64,000 nucleotides of DNA from Coriobacteriia bacterium. GTDB lineage: Bacteria; Actinomycetota; Coriobacteriia; Anaerosomatales; PALSA-660. The stretch is from the NCBI GenBank assembly GCA_025361885.1, contig JANYJF010000026.1, forward strand, positions 1,762 to 65,761, written 5' to 3'. Each line of letters starts with the position of its first letter. Position 1 is the stretch's first letter. Position numbers and translations under genes: made by a program. Of the stretch, positions 1-8,689 are shown piece after piece. Under the pieces are notes generated by a model that saw nothing but the letters and a program-made list of their open reading frames with translations, made no database searches and was not told where the DNA came from.

Positions 1-230
1 TAGGGGAATGCGACGGGATGCTCAGTACGGATCCAGACTGTCACTCGCGCTTCCGGGTTTGTACGTGAATGCGGCCAACGAGCCGCCGGCGCCGCGCCCA
101 TAGCGCTCTCGCAATGCAGGGGCCGGCGCCGCCCGTCTCGGGCGTGCGAGATGTCGCCGTCTTGTGGGGGCGCCAACGGAGACGGATCCGAGGAGGGGAG
201 GGGTTGTCGCTCTCCCGCCACTAGGTTTGG

Positions 231-243
231 GTGTAGCAACGCG
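231..243 (+). repeat. Copy 1 of the motif GTGTAGCAACGCG (core TGTAGCAACGC)
   Basis: Exact 11-nt core also present twice at 1704-1728, in the same orientation, on the other side of the integrase gene. Confidence 0.6.
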
Positions 244-447
244 TGACAGTTCGGGACCGTTCGTGGGCGTCCGTGAATGACGCATCAAGCCTCTGACCTG
301 CGTCGGAGCGGCGACGAACAGTGGCGGATGCGCGGACGCAAGCTCGGCGTCAAGGGGTCGCACGTTCAAAGCCTGTCAGTCCGACCAAAGAGAGGGCAGG
401 TAGAAGAGCGCCCCCGTCAGGACGCCTTCCGCCCGTCCGCACGCCCC

Positions 448-1587
448 CTACAGCCCAATCGCGTCAGACAGCGTCGCCATGGCACCGCGTGCCGTCTCGT
501 CCGAGACATGTCCGTAGATGTCGGCTGTGATCGCGATGCTCGCGTGTCCGAGGAGCTCGGACACGGCCTTCAGATGGACGCCGTTCTCGAGCCACGTGGT
601 CGCAGCCGAATGGCGAAGGGTGTGGACCCCGACGTCTGCCAAGGCCGCGTCGTGCGCCGCCACCATGACGGCGCGAAGGATGTTGTGCGGCTCGACCAAG
701 GTCCCGCTCTCCGTCGTGAAGACGTGATCCGTCTCGACCCACATGCTGCCGGCCCGCGTCCGCTCGGCCGCTTGCCGCTTGCGGTGCGCTTCGAGCATCG
801 TGACTACCGATGGGGACAGCGGGAGCGTGCGGCGGGACTTCGCGGTCTTGGGCTCGGTGACCACGAGCTTGCCTCCGATGCGCGAGAGCGTCCCACACAC
901 CTGCAGTGTCCCGGCCGCGAGATCCAGGTCCCTCCACCGGAGCGCCGCCGCCTCGCCGCGCCGAAGGCCCGTTGCAGCGATGAGGGCGAGCAGACAGTGA
1001 TACCGCGAGTCCTTGGCAGCCCTGAGCACCCGGGCGACTTCGGTGGGGGACAGGTAGCGCGCCTCTTTCCTTGCCACCGAGGGCTGCTTGACCGACGCCG
1101 CCGGGTTGCGGGCGATAAGCCCGTCTCGCACGGCGCCTTCGAGCGCGACGCGCGGCACGGTGAAGATACGCTGTACCGTCGCATCGGACAGGCCCTTGTC
1201 GTTGAGCGCCAGGATGAGCCTGTCGATCTCTGAGGGTCGAAGCCTGTCGAGTGGGATGGCCCCGAACGGCTCGGCCTCCAGATGATGCTTGCACAGTATC
1301 TCGTAGAGCTCTTTGGTCGTGGCCTTGCGGTTCGAGGCCTTGAGCGTGGTGGCCCGCCACTGGGCCAGCCACGCGGCGACGCTCGCCTTGGCATCACGGA
1401 CAGGAGCGCCGGCCTCGGCGCGCTCGTCGGCGACTTTGAGCTTGCCCCGGACCTGTGTGCGGGTCTTGCCGTACAAGACCTTGCGCGTGCGGCGGCCGGT
1501 CGCCGGATCATCGCACACGATGGCGGCGCACCATGTGCCATCCTTGCGCTGATAGATCGAGTGTTCGCCGTTGGCTCGCTTACCCAT
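448..1587 (-). CDS. Tyrosine-type site-specific recombinase / phage integrase (379 aa)
   Basis: The C-terminal catalytic region HTLRHSAATTWLENG...LLGHASIAITADIYGHV carries the R..HxxR..Y signature. An N-terminal SAM-like core-binding region is present. Start set at the internal ATG at 1587 (MGKRANGEHSIYQRKDGTW...) rather than the ORF-track start. Confidence 0.9.
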   Translation of the reverse strand: MGKRANGEHSIYQRKDGTWCAAIVCDDPATGRRTRKVLYGKTRTQVRGKLKVADERAEAGAPVRDAKASVAAWLAQWRATTLKASNRKATTKELYEILCKHHLEAEPFGAIPLDRLRPSEIDRLILALNDKGLSDATVQRIFTVPRVALEGAVRDGLIARNPAASVKQPSVARKEARYLSPTEVARVLRAAKDSRYHCLLALIAATGLRRGEAAALRWRDLDLAAGTLQVCGTLSRIGGKLVVTEPKTAKSRRTLPLSPSVVTMLEAHRKRQAAERTRAGSMWVETDHVFTTESGTLVEPHNILRAVMVAAHDAALADVGVHTLRHSAATTWLENGVHLKAVSELLGHASIAITADIYGHVSDETARGAMATLSDAIGL

Positions 1588-1703
1588 CGTCTCGCAGCTC
1601 CTGTTGTCTCCGAGGCGACTTCTTTCGCGTCGCCTCACACAAGTCTGCACGAACGGCTTACCGCTCCCTGACTTCCGCGTCGCATGGTCTTTGTGGAGCG
1701 CCC

Positions 1704-1728
1704 GTGTAGCAACGCATGTAGCAACGCG
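1704..1728 (+). repeat. Tandem copies 2 and 3 of TGTAGCAACGC (GTGTAGCAACGC-ATGTAGCAACGCG)
   Basis: Read directly. Located between the int start codon and the tRNA remnant, about 100-125 bp from the putative att core. This position is typical for arm-type recombinase or excisionase binding sites. Confidence 0.6.
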
Positions 1729-1828
1729 CTTCATTTCGCTGGTGTTCGTCGACGTCCGCTGATGTCCTCGCACGCCTCTCACCTGCGAAAACCGGACTTC
1801 AGTGAACCCGAGCGGTCAGCACGGCGTA

Positions 1829-1875
1829 CCTTTACACGGAAGAGGTCGGGGGTTCGAACCCCTCATCGCCCACCA
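1829..1875 (+). other. 3' remnant of a tRNA-Val(UAC) gene (putative attR core)
   Basis: Reads CC / TTTACAC / GGAAG / AGGTC / GGGGG-TTCGAAC-CCCTC / ATCGCCC / A / CCA. These are the end of the anticodon stem, an anticodon loop with TAC, the variable loop, a complete T-arm, the 3' acceptor strand, the discriminator and an encoded CCA. It closely resembles known tRNA-Val(UAC) 3' halves. The required 5' acceptor strand GGGCGAT and a D-arm are absent upstream. Confidence 0.65.
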
Positions 1876-1884
1876 GCAAACGAC

Positions 1885-1914
1885 GGAGGCCCCGGCTCGA
1901 TCGCCGGGGCCTCC
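1885..1914 (+). terminator. GC-rich hairpin immediately after the tRNA remnant (native tRNA terminator)
   Basis: GGAGGCCCCGGC-tcgatc-GCCGGGGCCTCC, a 12-bp perfect stem, extendable by ACGAC/GTCGT. Confidence 0.6.
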
Positions 1915-2103
1915 TGTCGTCGAAGGCGTGACCGCGCCAAGTCCTGTGCTCGCCCGGGGCCCGGCGGAGCCGCAGACGCCTCAGTAGCCGAAGACCGCCG
2001 CTTCCACCAAGTCCGACCGCGAGCCTCCGCGTCAGGTAGAATCCGAACGAACACACGCACGACACCATGTGGGCCGAACCACCTGGGCAAGAAGGGGCAC
2101 ACG

Positions 2104-2514
2104 ATGCGCAGATTCCTCGTCATCATCGCGATAGCACTCGCCACCGCCACTGTCCTGACCGGATGCCACCGGCTCGGACTCGTGCCGACGCCAAAGAAGG
2201 CCGCGACAGCCAAGAGTAGCGCCGCCACGGCGCCGGCGCAGACGTTCACGCTCTCCGTGCAGAACGGCGGCGGCGTGAAGGGGCGCGGAGCCGAGATGGT
2301 CAAACGCCTCCAGTCGCTCGGGTTCAAGGTCACCAGCATCGCCATCAACGCCAAGAAGTCCGATCACGCCAAGACGCTCGTGGTGTTCCATCCCGGACTC
2401 GAGGCGGATGCCACGAAGGTGCAGAAGGCCATCGGGATCGGCGCGCTCCAGCCGGCCACGCCCTCGCTCGACGCGACCACCGACGTCATGGTGCTCGTCG
2501 GGAAGGACTTCTAG
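2104..2514 (+). CDS. LytR_C-domain lipoprotein (136 aa)
   Basis: Signal peptide with lipobox LTGC (MRRFLVIIAIALATATVLTGC). The C-terminal region VQNGGGVKGRGAEMVKRLQSLGFKV...VLVGKDF is typical of the LytR cell-envelope-related C-terminal domain. Confidence 0.75.
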   Translation: MRRFLVIIAIALATATVLTGCHRLGLVPTPKKAATAKSSAATAPAQTFTLSVQNGGGVKGRGAEMVKRLQSLGFKVTSIAINAKKSDHAKTLVVFHPGLEADATKVQKAIGIGALQPATPSLDATTDVMVLVGKDF

Positions 2515-2721
2515 CAGCCGTAGGGTCCCAAGTACCGGCGTCGTCGCACGTCGCGCCGACGTAGCCGCATTGTGTCTTGCGTCACACCGGCGAGGCAGAG
2601 CGTCTTACTCGGGTCTCCCCCTGTCCCACGGACGCTCAAGCCTGGAGTCTCTTTGCCGATTAATGGACAAGCAGGCACGATTCGCATGGCCGGTCCGATC
2701 GCGAACGGGATGGTGGGCGTG

Positions 2722-3102
2722 ATGAATGATCTTCGCGAACAAGGGGGGTTCACGCTCGTCGAACTGATGGTGGTCGTGCTGATCATCGGCATCCTCGTGG
2801 CCGTGGCGATCCCTGTGTTCAACGGAGCCACGGACAACGCCCGGGTCAAGACGTGCTACTCCAACCAGCGCACGATCGAGGGCGCCGTGCAGGTCTACCG
2901 GGCCGGCGGTCTCAACGTCGGGCCAGGGCTGCTCAACGGCAATGGGACCGCCACCACGGCCGACGTCCTGATCCCGACGTACCTCAAGGAAGCTCCGAGG
3001 TGCCCGACGAGCAAAGCGTTCTACTTCCTGGACGCCAACGGGTCCGTCGTCGGTGACAGAGCTTCCGCCGCTTGGATCGCGGGGCACGACCACTACCAGT
3101 AG
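2722..3102 (+). CDS. Type IV pilin-like / pseudopilin with prepilin N-terminal cleavage-methylation motif (126 aa)
   Basis: MNDLREQG|GFTLVELMVVVLIIGILVAVAIPVF is the class III signal (G/FTLxE plus a hydrophobic helix). An alternative start at 2710 is possible. Confidence 0.8.
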   Translation: MNDLREQGGFTLVELMVVVLIIGILVAVAIPVFNGATDNARVKTCYSNQRTIEGAVQVYRAGGLNVGPGLLNGNGTATTADVLIPTYLKEAPRCPTSKAFYFLDANGSVVGDRASAAWIAGHDHYQ

Positions 3103-3270
3103 GCCACTGCCTCACATCCGCGATGACTGGCCCCCGTCGCGCCCGCCCGCGCTCGCACGCGCGCTTCCGCGCGATGCGAAAGGCCGCCGACGGCCATCTA
3201 CCTCCGTGAGATTAGCGATGCCCCGCAAGCCCAAGGCTCCCGGTCACGCGCCGGCTGCCGCCGAGTGACG

Positions 3271-4269
3271 CTAGACCGTCAGCACGCCGTTCGGGTCCAT
3301 CAACTCCATGCCGCAGCTCGCACCGTCGCCCTCGTACACCACGGAGCCGTCCCCTGAGCGCGTGAGCCTCACGTGGACGCGTCCCGTCAAGCTTTCCTGT
3401 ACTCGCCCCGTCATCCCGCCCAGTACCGGCGAGGCGAGCTCTCCCGCGCGTGCCCCGTCGGCCTCCACCGTGAGCTCGTGGTACCGGTCGGCCATCACCA
3501 CGGTCACGCCGCCCTCGCGATGGGTGAGGCGCTTGAGCCTCGCGCCGGTGTACGTGGTGAAGCGGTAGAGGTGTCCGTCGTGCAACAGCCCCGCTATCTG
3601 CCCGACGAACCAGCCGCCCACGAACGGGATCTTTGCCACGGAGAGGGTCAGCGACGTTCCCGGCGCACCGAAGTGGTTCGACTGAAGCCACACCCACGCC
3701 TCGGGGAACGAGCGGCCCCAGTCCTTCTCGGCATACCCGCGCCCGCCGGTGAAGTCGACCGCCTCGCCGTCGAGGGCCAGCGAGCCGGTGAGGTCGTGGT
3801 CGAGGCCGAGAACGCCGTGGTAGCACTCCATGAACGGCACGAAGCGGTACCAGCCCATGATCCCGGGCGAGAAGGCCCTCACCGGCCACGGCACCCACGG
3901 CCCGAACGTGATCGAGCCCGTCAGCCGGCCTGCTTCGCCCGACAGGTCGAGCTCGATGCCCCGCGAGGAGAACCGGTTGGGGCCGATGCACACCTCGAAT
4001 CGCTCACGCGACCAGGTGAAGTCCTCTACAGGGAAGCGCCAGTAGGCGGAGGTGCCGTCGTCGCGGTTGAGCTGGACGAAGGCATGCCGCTCGCCGTGGT
4101 GCGCCATCGAGATGCCCGGTATGACGGCCACGGACCGGCCCTGCGCGGCGTCGACCAGCTTGAAGTACCAGCCCTCGAAATAACCGAGCGATTTGCGGCC
4201 ATCCTGGTAGGTTGCAGGGTCCCACAGCTTGCGGAGATGGTAGGGGACCCATCGTGGCGGCATCACCAC
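3271..4269 (-). CDS. Tocopherol cyclase-like family protein (332 aa)
   Basis: The N-terminal GYFEGWYFKLVD motif and overall beta-rich pattern are recalled from the tocopherol cyclase (VTE1-like) family. It overlaps the upstream gene by 7 nt. Confidence 0.55.
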   Translation of the reverse strand: MVMPPRWVPYHLRKLWDPATYQDGRKSLGYFEGWYFKLVDAAQGRSVAVIPGISMAHHGERHAFVQLNRDDGTSAYWRFPVEDFTWSRERFEVCIGPNRFSSRGIELDLSGEAGRLTGSITFGPWVPWPVRAFSPGIMGWYRFVPFMECYHGVLGLDHDLTGSLALDGEAVDFTGGRGYAEKDWGRSFPEAWVWLQSNHFGAPGTSLTLSVAKIPFVGGWFVGQIAGLLHDGHLYRFTTYTGARLKRLTHREGGVTVVMADRYHELTVEADGARAGELASPVLGGMTGRVQESLTGRVHVRLTRSGDGSVVYEGDGASCGMELMDPNGVLTV

Positions 4270-5612
4270 GCCGCCCAGTTGAGCGCCTCGGAGTAGCTCG
4301 GGTGGACCGCGCGCGTGGCCCGGATCTCGGCGGCCGTCATGTGGGCGCGCACCGCGAGCGCCAGCGCGTAGATCAGGTCGCTCGCGTAAGGAGCCGCCAC
4401 CTGCGCGCCGATCAGCACGTCGTCGGGGCCGAAGACGAGCTTGACCAGCCCGTCGCGCTCGTCGGTGATGACGGCGGCTCCGACATATTCGTACGTCTGG
4501 CGACGCACCACCGGCTCGATGCCGGCGCTCCGCGCCTGCTCTTCTGTCATGCCTACCTGCGCGAGTTGCGGGACCGTGAACACCGCGGTCGTGAGCGCGC
4601 GCAAGTCGACCGGGACCTGCTCACCGGTCAGAATCGAGCGAGCGACCGCTTCGCCCTGTGCGTTGGCTGCGGGCGTGAGCTGGATGCGACCGGCGGCGTC
4701 GCCCGCGAAGTATACGCGCGGGTCGGAAGACCGCAGAGAGTCGTCGAGGGCCGGTGTCCCACGCTCGTCGAGCGCGATGCCTGACAAGGTCAGGTCGAGA
4801 CCCGCGAAGAAGGGTCGGCGCCCTGTGGCGAGCAGCACCCGGTCGCAGGCCAGCGCGTTCGACCGACCGCCGGCCTCGTCGTACGCCACCGAGAAGGCGC
4901 CCGGTCCGCCGCTGATGGCCTTCAGCGACGCTCCCGTCACGAACCGCACGCCTTGGCGTTCCAGAGCTCGCACCGCGATATCGACGATCTCGGGGTCGAA
5001 CGCGCTCAGCGCCCGAGTGTCGCGCAGCAGCACCGTCACTTCGGTCCCGAACGCCGAATAGATGCCGGCGAACTCGAGCCCCACATACCCGCCGCCCACG
5101 ATCACGAGATGGCGAGGTGGCGACTCGTAGCTCATCGCGTCCATGCTCACGTCGGCGAGCTCGGCACCGGGCACCGGGGGCCGCACGGGCTGAGAACCGG
5201 TGGCGACCACGATGGCGTCAGGTTCGAGCACCTCGTCGCCCAGCTGGACGCGCCCGGGACCGACGAACTTCGCCGGCAGTTTGACCACTCGGATGCCGCG
5301 CGAGGTCATCAGGGCTTCCTGGTCGCCCGCGTACGTCTCTTGGGCATGCCACTTCCAGGCGAGGACGGAGGGCCAGTCGACGCCCGCATGTTCGACCGAC
5401 AGGCCGTACTGCTCGGCGCGGGACAGCGCGCGGGCCGAGTGGGCGGCGTTGTACAGAGCCTTCTTCGGCATGCAGGCGAACCACAGGCACGAGCCGCCGA
5501 CACGGCCGGGCTCCGCGAGTGTGACATCCGCGCCGCCTGCGACGAGTGCGCGGGCAGCCGCCGAGCCGGCCGCGCCCGAGCCGATGACGAGAACGCTGAG
5601 CTTGCCGGTCAT
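4263..5612 (-). CDS. FAD-dependent pyridine nucleotide-disulfide oxidoreductase, class I (449 aa)
   Basis: FAD fold VLVIGSGAAGSAAA. Redox-active CxxxxC (GGSCLWFACMPKK). A second dinucleotide fold LVIVGGGYVGLEFA and a C-terminal dimerisation domain are present. GGAGG RBS before the ATG at 5612. Confidence 0.85.
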   Translation of the reverse strand: MTGKLSVLVIGSGAAGSAAARALVAGGADVTLAEPGRVGGSCLWFACMPKKALYNAAHSARALSRAEQYGLSVEHAGVDWPSVLAWKWHAQETYAGDQEALMTSRGIRVVKLPAKFVGPGRVQLGDEVLEPDAIVVATGSQPVRPPVPGAELADVSMDAMSYESPPRHLVIVGGGYVGLEFAGIYSAFGTEVTVLLRDTRALSAFDPEIVDIAVRALERQGVRFVTGASLKAISGGPGAFSVAYDEAGGRSNALACDRVLLATGRRPFFAGLDLTLSGIALDERGTPALDDSLRSSDPRVYFAGDAAGRIQLTPAANAQGEAVARSILTGEQVPVDLRALTTAVFTVPQLAQVGMTEEQARSAGIEPVVRRQTYEYVGAAVITDERDGLVKLVFGPDDVLIGAQVAAPYASDLIYALALAVRAHMTAAEIRATRAVHPSYSEALNWAAW

Positions 5613-5705
5613 CGACGTCCTCCGACTCTGCAGGGGGTTGGTGAAGGCCTGCGTTGGGATGATGCCCCAACGGGGCGTCCCCCTACGAGTCGCGCGACAT
5701 GCCAC

Positions 5706-7808
5706 TCACCCCCAGGCTGCCCGCAGCTTCGCGCGGATGTCCGCGCCCACGTGCTCCGTGCACGGGCGCTCGTCGGCGCCTCCGGTACGCTCGCCGCCTG
5801 GTTCGGTGCGGAACGCGGACCGCACGCCGTCGGTGATGAAGCGCGTCAGCTGCGAGTAACCGTGCGAGTCCGCGTGGTTCCGGGGCGACTTGTAGTAGCG
5901 CAGGGGATGGCACACGTAGAGCCAGTCCTTCGCCCGTGTGCACGCCACGTAGAACAGGCGGCGCTCCTCCTCGGTCTCCTCCACCGATCCAGTGGCCATG
6001 TCGGAGGGGATATTGCCGTCGGCCGCGTGGATCACATACACGGCGTCCCACTCCAGGCCCTTGGCGGAGTGCATAGTGCTCAGGATCAGGAAGTCCTCGT
6101 CGATGAGAGGCGGACCGGCGAGGTCCTCGGTCCACGCGGGCGGGTCGAGCGCCATGTCGGCGATCATCGTCTCGCGGTCGTCGAAGCGCGCGGCGAGCCG
6201 CTCGATCTGCTCGAGGTCTCGCAGTCGCGCCTCGCTGTTGTCGTAGCGGCCCTGGAGCAGCGGCCTATAGAAGCCACGGATCGCGTGCACCTGGCCCGTC
6301 AGCGGCGGCGCGCCGGGCGAGGTCATGGTCACCATCAGGGACACGAGGTCCGGCCACCAGACGCGTGCCGCCGCGCCGGGCGCGCCCGCATCGGCCCAGG
6401 AGGTGAAGTCGCCGTTCGCCTGCGCGAGGGTCTCCATAAGGTCCTGTGCCGTCTTCGGCCCGACCCCGGGTACCAGTGTCAGCACCCGCAGGCCGGCCGA
6501 CAGGTCGCGCGGATTGTCGGCCAGGCGAAGGAAGGCGGCGAGGTCCTTCACGTGGGCCGTCTCCGTGAAGCGCAGGCCGCCGTACTTGTGAAATGGTATG
6601 TTTCGCCGCGCGAGCTCGACCTCCAGTGGCAGCGAGTGGTGCGTCGCCCGGAACAGGACGGCTTGACGCTTGAGTTGCATCCCCTCTTCGCGATGCTCGA
6701 GCACCCTTCGCACGATGAACTCGGTCTGCTCGTCCTCGTCGGCGCACGACACCACGGCGGGCGTCTCGCCGCCCTCGCGCGCGGTCCACAGCTCCTTGTC
6801 GTGGCGCTCGACTGCCTGGGCGATGATCCGGTTGGTCGCTACCAGGATCGGCTGGGTCGACCGGTAGTTCTGCTCGAGCGAAGCCACGGTGACATCCGGG
6901 AACTGCGCGGGGAAGTCGAGGATGTTGCGGACCTCGGCCGCGCGGAAGCTGTAGATGGACTGCGCGTCGTCACCGACCACCGTGACGCCGGTGCCGTCCG
7001 GGCGCAGTCCGCGCACGATCCTGGCCTGTATCACGTTCGTGTCCTGGTACTCGTCGACGAGTACGCGGTCGAAGCGGCGGCGGACCTCGTCTCCGGCCGC
7101 ATCGTCCGCCAGCAGGCCATCCCAGAACAGCAGCAGGTCGTCGTAGTCGAGCACGTTGCCGTCGGACTTGCGGTCCACGTAGGCTCCGAAGAGTGCTTTG
7201 AGGTCGTCCTCATGCTCGCGGCAATACGGAAAGGATCGTTCGAGCACGTCTTCGAGCGACTCGCCGGAGTTCACACAGCGCGAATAGATGTCCAGGCAGG
7301 TGCCCTTCTGCGGGAACCGCCGGTCGGTCCTGCCGAGGTCCATCTTGGTGCGCGCGACGCCCATCAGGTCCTCGGAATCGCCGCGGTCCAGGATCGTGAA
7401 CGACGGGTCGAGGCCTATCGAGGGCCCGTGAAGGCGAAGGAGGCGCGTGGCGATCGCGTGGTACGTGCCGCCCCACACCGCTCCGCCGCCCAGTGCGCCG
7501 GGCGCTTCCTCGCGCACGCGACGCAGGATGCCGTCGACGCGCCGCGACATCTCGGACGCCGCGCGGCGCGTGAACGTGAGCAGCAGGATGCGCCTGGGGT
7601 CGACACCCGTCGCGATATGGTGCGCCACTCTGTGGGCCAGCGTGGTGGTCTTGCCGGTGCCCGCGCCCGCGATGATGAGCAGCGGCTCGTCGCCGTGCGT
7701 GACGGCGTCGCGCTGCGCGGAGTTGAGGTCCCCGAGGACCGCGCCCAACGCCTCGGGCGAGGCGGGCTGCGCGAGGGCGGGGGGCTGGACTGATGCGGTG
7801 GACGGCAT
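5706..7808 (-). CDS. UvrD/Rep/PcrA-family ATP-dependent DNA helicase (700 aa)
   Basis: Walker A AGAGTGKTTT, motif II VLVDEYQDTN, and the C-terminal helicase motifs LSTMHSAKGLEW and YVACTRAK. Confidence 0.9.
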   Translation of the reverse strand: MPSTASVQPPALAQPASPEALGAVLGDLNSAQRDAVTHGDEPLLIIAGAGTGKTTTLAHRVAHHIATGVDPRRILLLTFTRRAASEMSRRVDGILRRVREEAPGALGGGAVWGGTYHAIATRLLRLHGPSIGLDPSFTILDRGDSEDLMGVARTKMDLGRTDRRFPQKGTCLDIYSRCVNSGESLEDVLERSFPYCREHEDDLKALFGAYVDRKSDGNVLDYDDLLLFWDGLLADDAAGDEVRRRFDRVLVDEYQDTNVIQARIVRGLRPDGTGVTVVGDDAQSIYSFRAAEVRNILDFPAQFPDVTVASLEQNYRSTQPILVATNRIIAQAVERHDKELWTAREGGETPAVVSCADEDEQTEFIVRRVLEHREEGMQLKRQAVLFRATHHSLPLEVELARRNIPFHKYGGLRFTETAHVKDLAAFLRLADNPRDLSAGLRVLTLVPGVGPKTAQDLMETLAQANGDFTSWADAGAPGAAARVWWPDLVSLMVTMTSPGAPPLTGQVHAIRGFYRPLLQGRYDNSEARLRDLEQIERLAARFDDRETMIADMALDPPAWTEDLAGPPLIDEDFLILSTMHSAKGLEWDAVYVIHAADGNIPSDMATGSVEETEEERRLFYVACTRAKDWLYVCHPLRYYKSPRNHADSHGYSQLTRFITDGVRSAFRTEPGGERTGGADERPCTEHVGADIRAKLRAAWG

Positions 7809-7930
7809 GGTGCGCCTCCGAGCGTGGGATATCGAACAGACGTGCGGGGAACACGTGTTCGATTATGCGCGAGGAGACGTGGGACTGGCAAGCGCCGGGC
7901 GACCGAGGACCCGGTCCCGCGGCTCGTGCG

Positions 7931-8506
7931 TCAGCGCAGCGGCCCGATGTCGCCCGGAGGCCAGTAGGTGAACCATGCGCGTCCATGGATCGTGGATACC
8001 GGGATCGGGCCGAAGAAGCGGCTGTCCGCGCTATCGGTACGGTTGTCGCCCATCACCCACACGAAGCCCGGCGGCACGGTCACCGGCATCCTCACGGTCT
8101 CGAGGGTGCTGGCCGCCCCGTGCGTGTAGGGCTCGTAGGCGGGGACTCCATCGATCAGCACCTGCCCGTCTTTGAGGTCGACCGTGTGGCCAGCCACTGC
8201 GATGACCCTCTTGACCAGCGCGGGCAGCTCGCGGCGCGGGTCGTCGAACAGCACGATGTCGCCGGGCTGCGGCGAGCGGTAGCGGTAGACGATCCTGTCG
8301 ACGAGGAAGCGGTCGCCGACTTGGATGGTCGGGACCATGGAAGGCGTCGGGACGGTGTAGGTGGCGACGACCCAGGTCCTCGTAGCCTGCGACAGCGCCA
8401 CCGCGAGCACGACGATGACTACCCATTCGAAGGCCACCGACAGCGCTGAGCGCCTGGCTGGCTCGGTCGGCTGTTCGCCGGCGGGCTCCATCGGCCCGTC
8501 AGGCAT
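7931..8506 (-). CDS. lepB: Signal peptidase I (191 aa)
   Basis: N-terminal TM segment. Ser box VPTPSMVPT, Lys box LVKRVIAVAG and GDNRTDSADSR box. GGGAGG RBS. Confidence 0.9.
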   Translation of the reverse strand: MPDGPMEPAGEQPTEPARRSALSVAFEWVVIVVLAVALSQATRTWVVATYTVPTPSMVPTIQVGDRFLVDRIVYRYRSPQPGDIVLFDDPRRELPALVKRVIAVAGHTVDLKDGQVLIDGVPAYEPYTHGAASTLETVRMPVTVPPGFVWVMGDNRTDSADSRFFGPIPVSTIHGRAWFTYWPPGDIGPLR

Positions 8507-8536
8507 ACGGGCCTCCCGACCCGAGTGCCGGCGGCG

Positions 8537-8689
8537 TCACAGCAGTTTCCCCTCGGCATCGACAAGAGAACCGCCCAAGTGGACCCAGGGCATGCCCGGC
8601 CGCTCGCACTCCTCGCACCCCCGGCTCGAGCGGGGCGGGTCGGGATCAATCGCGGAAACGTGCTCGCATCTGTCGGACAAGCTGATCAC
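8537..8689 (-). pseudogene. Truncated or frameshifted UBP-type zinc-finger-like ORF
   Basis: CEHVSAIDPDPPRSSRGCEECERPGMPWVHL matches the first half of the small bacterial zf-UBP pattern (CxH...GCxxC...WVHLR). A CCD triplet appears exactly 10 codons downstream, but in another frame. The expected second half is missing because lepB starts at 8506. Confidence 0.3.

Larger units (their letters stand above)
1..1875. mobile_element. Right-hand end of an integrated genetic element (integrase plus tRNA-derived att remnant); the element continues past the left edge of the window
   Basis: The integrase gene (448-1587) lies about 240 bp from a tRNA 3' fragment (1829-1875) that lacks its 5' half. Arm-like 11-mer repeats flank int. 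The left boundary is not in the window. Confidence 0.55.

Noticed and set aside
22-369. A 115-aa minus-strand ORF downstream of the integrase, considered as possible island cargo or an excisionase.
   Set aside because: No recognisable motif, many A/T-ending codons, a Pro/Arg-rich composition and no RBS. It cannot be supported as a gene from sequence alone.
1786-1875. A possible complete tRNA, including a tRNA-Sec-like reading of GGACTTCAG at about 1793-1801 or a long-variable-arm Ser/Leu type.
   Set aside because: No 5' acceptor strand complementary to ATCGCCC exists in the 90 nt upstream. The candidate anticodon stems do not pair. Only the 3' 47 nt fold, so it was called a remnant.
1684-2103. 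Long N-terminal extensions offered by the ORF track. Examples: 1684-2514, 8646-10250, 11143-12951, 13464-14939, 22651-24480, 24976-26664, 31181-32224 and 33730-35397.
   Set aside because: The extensions are low-complexity, overlap neighbouring genes or tRNA/att sequence, and lack RBSs. Internal starts with GGAGG-like boxes and family-typical N-termini were preferred.
4953-7793. A 946-aa ORF on the plus strand, with similar giants at 8361-9977, 11797-13566, 28870-30882, 48286-50520, 50441-52138, 51601-53169 and 55649-57715.
   Set aside because: Each lies antisense to, or out of frame with, a gene that has clear family motifs. Their translations are Arg/Ala/Gly/Pro-rich and low-complexity, without any recognisable motif. 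Long stop-free shadow frames are expected in high-GC DNA.
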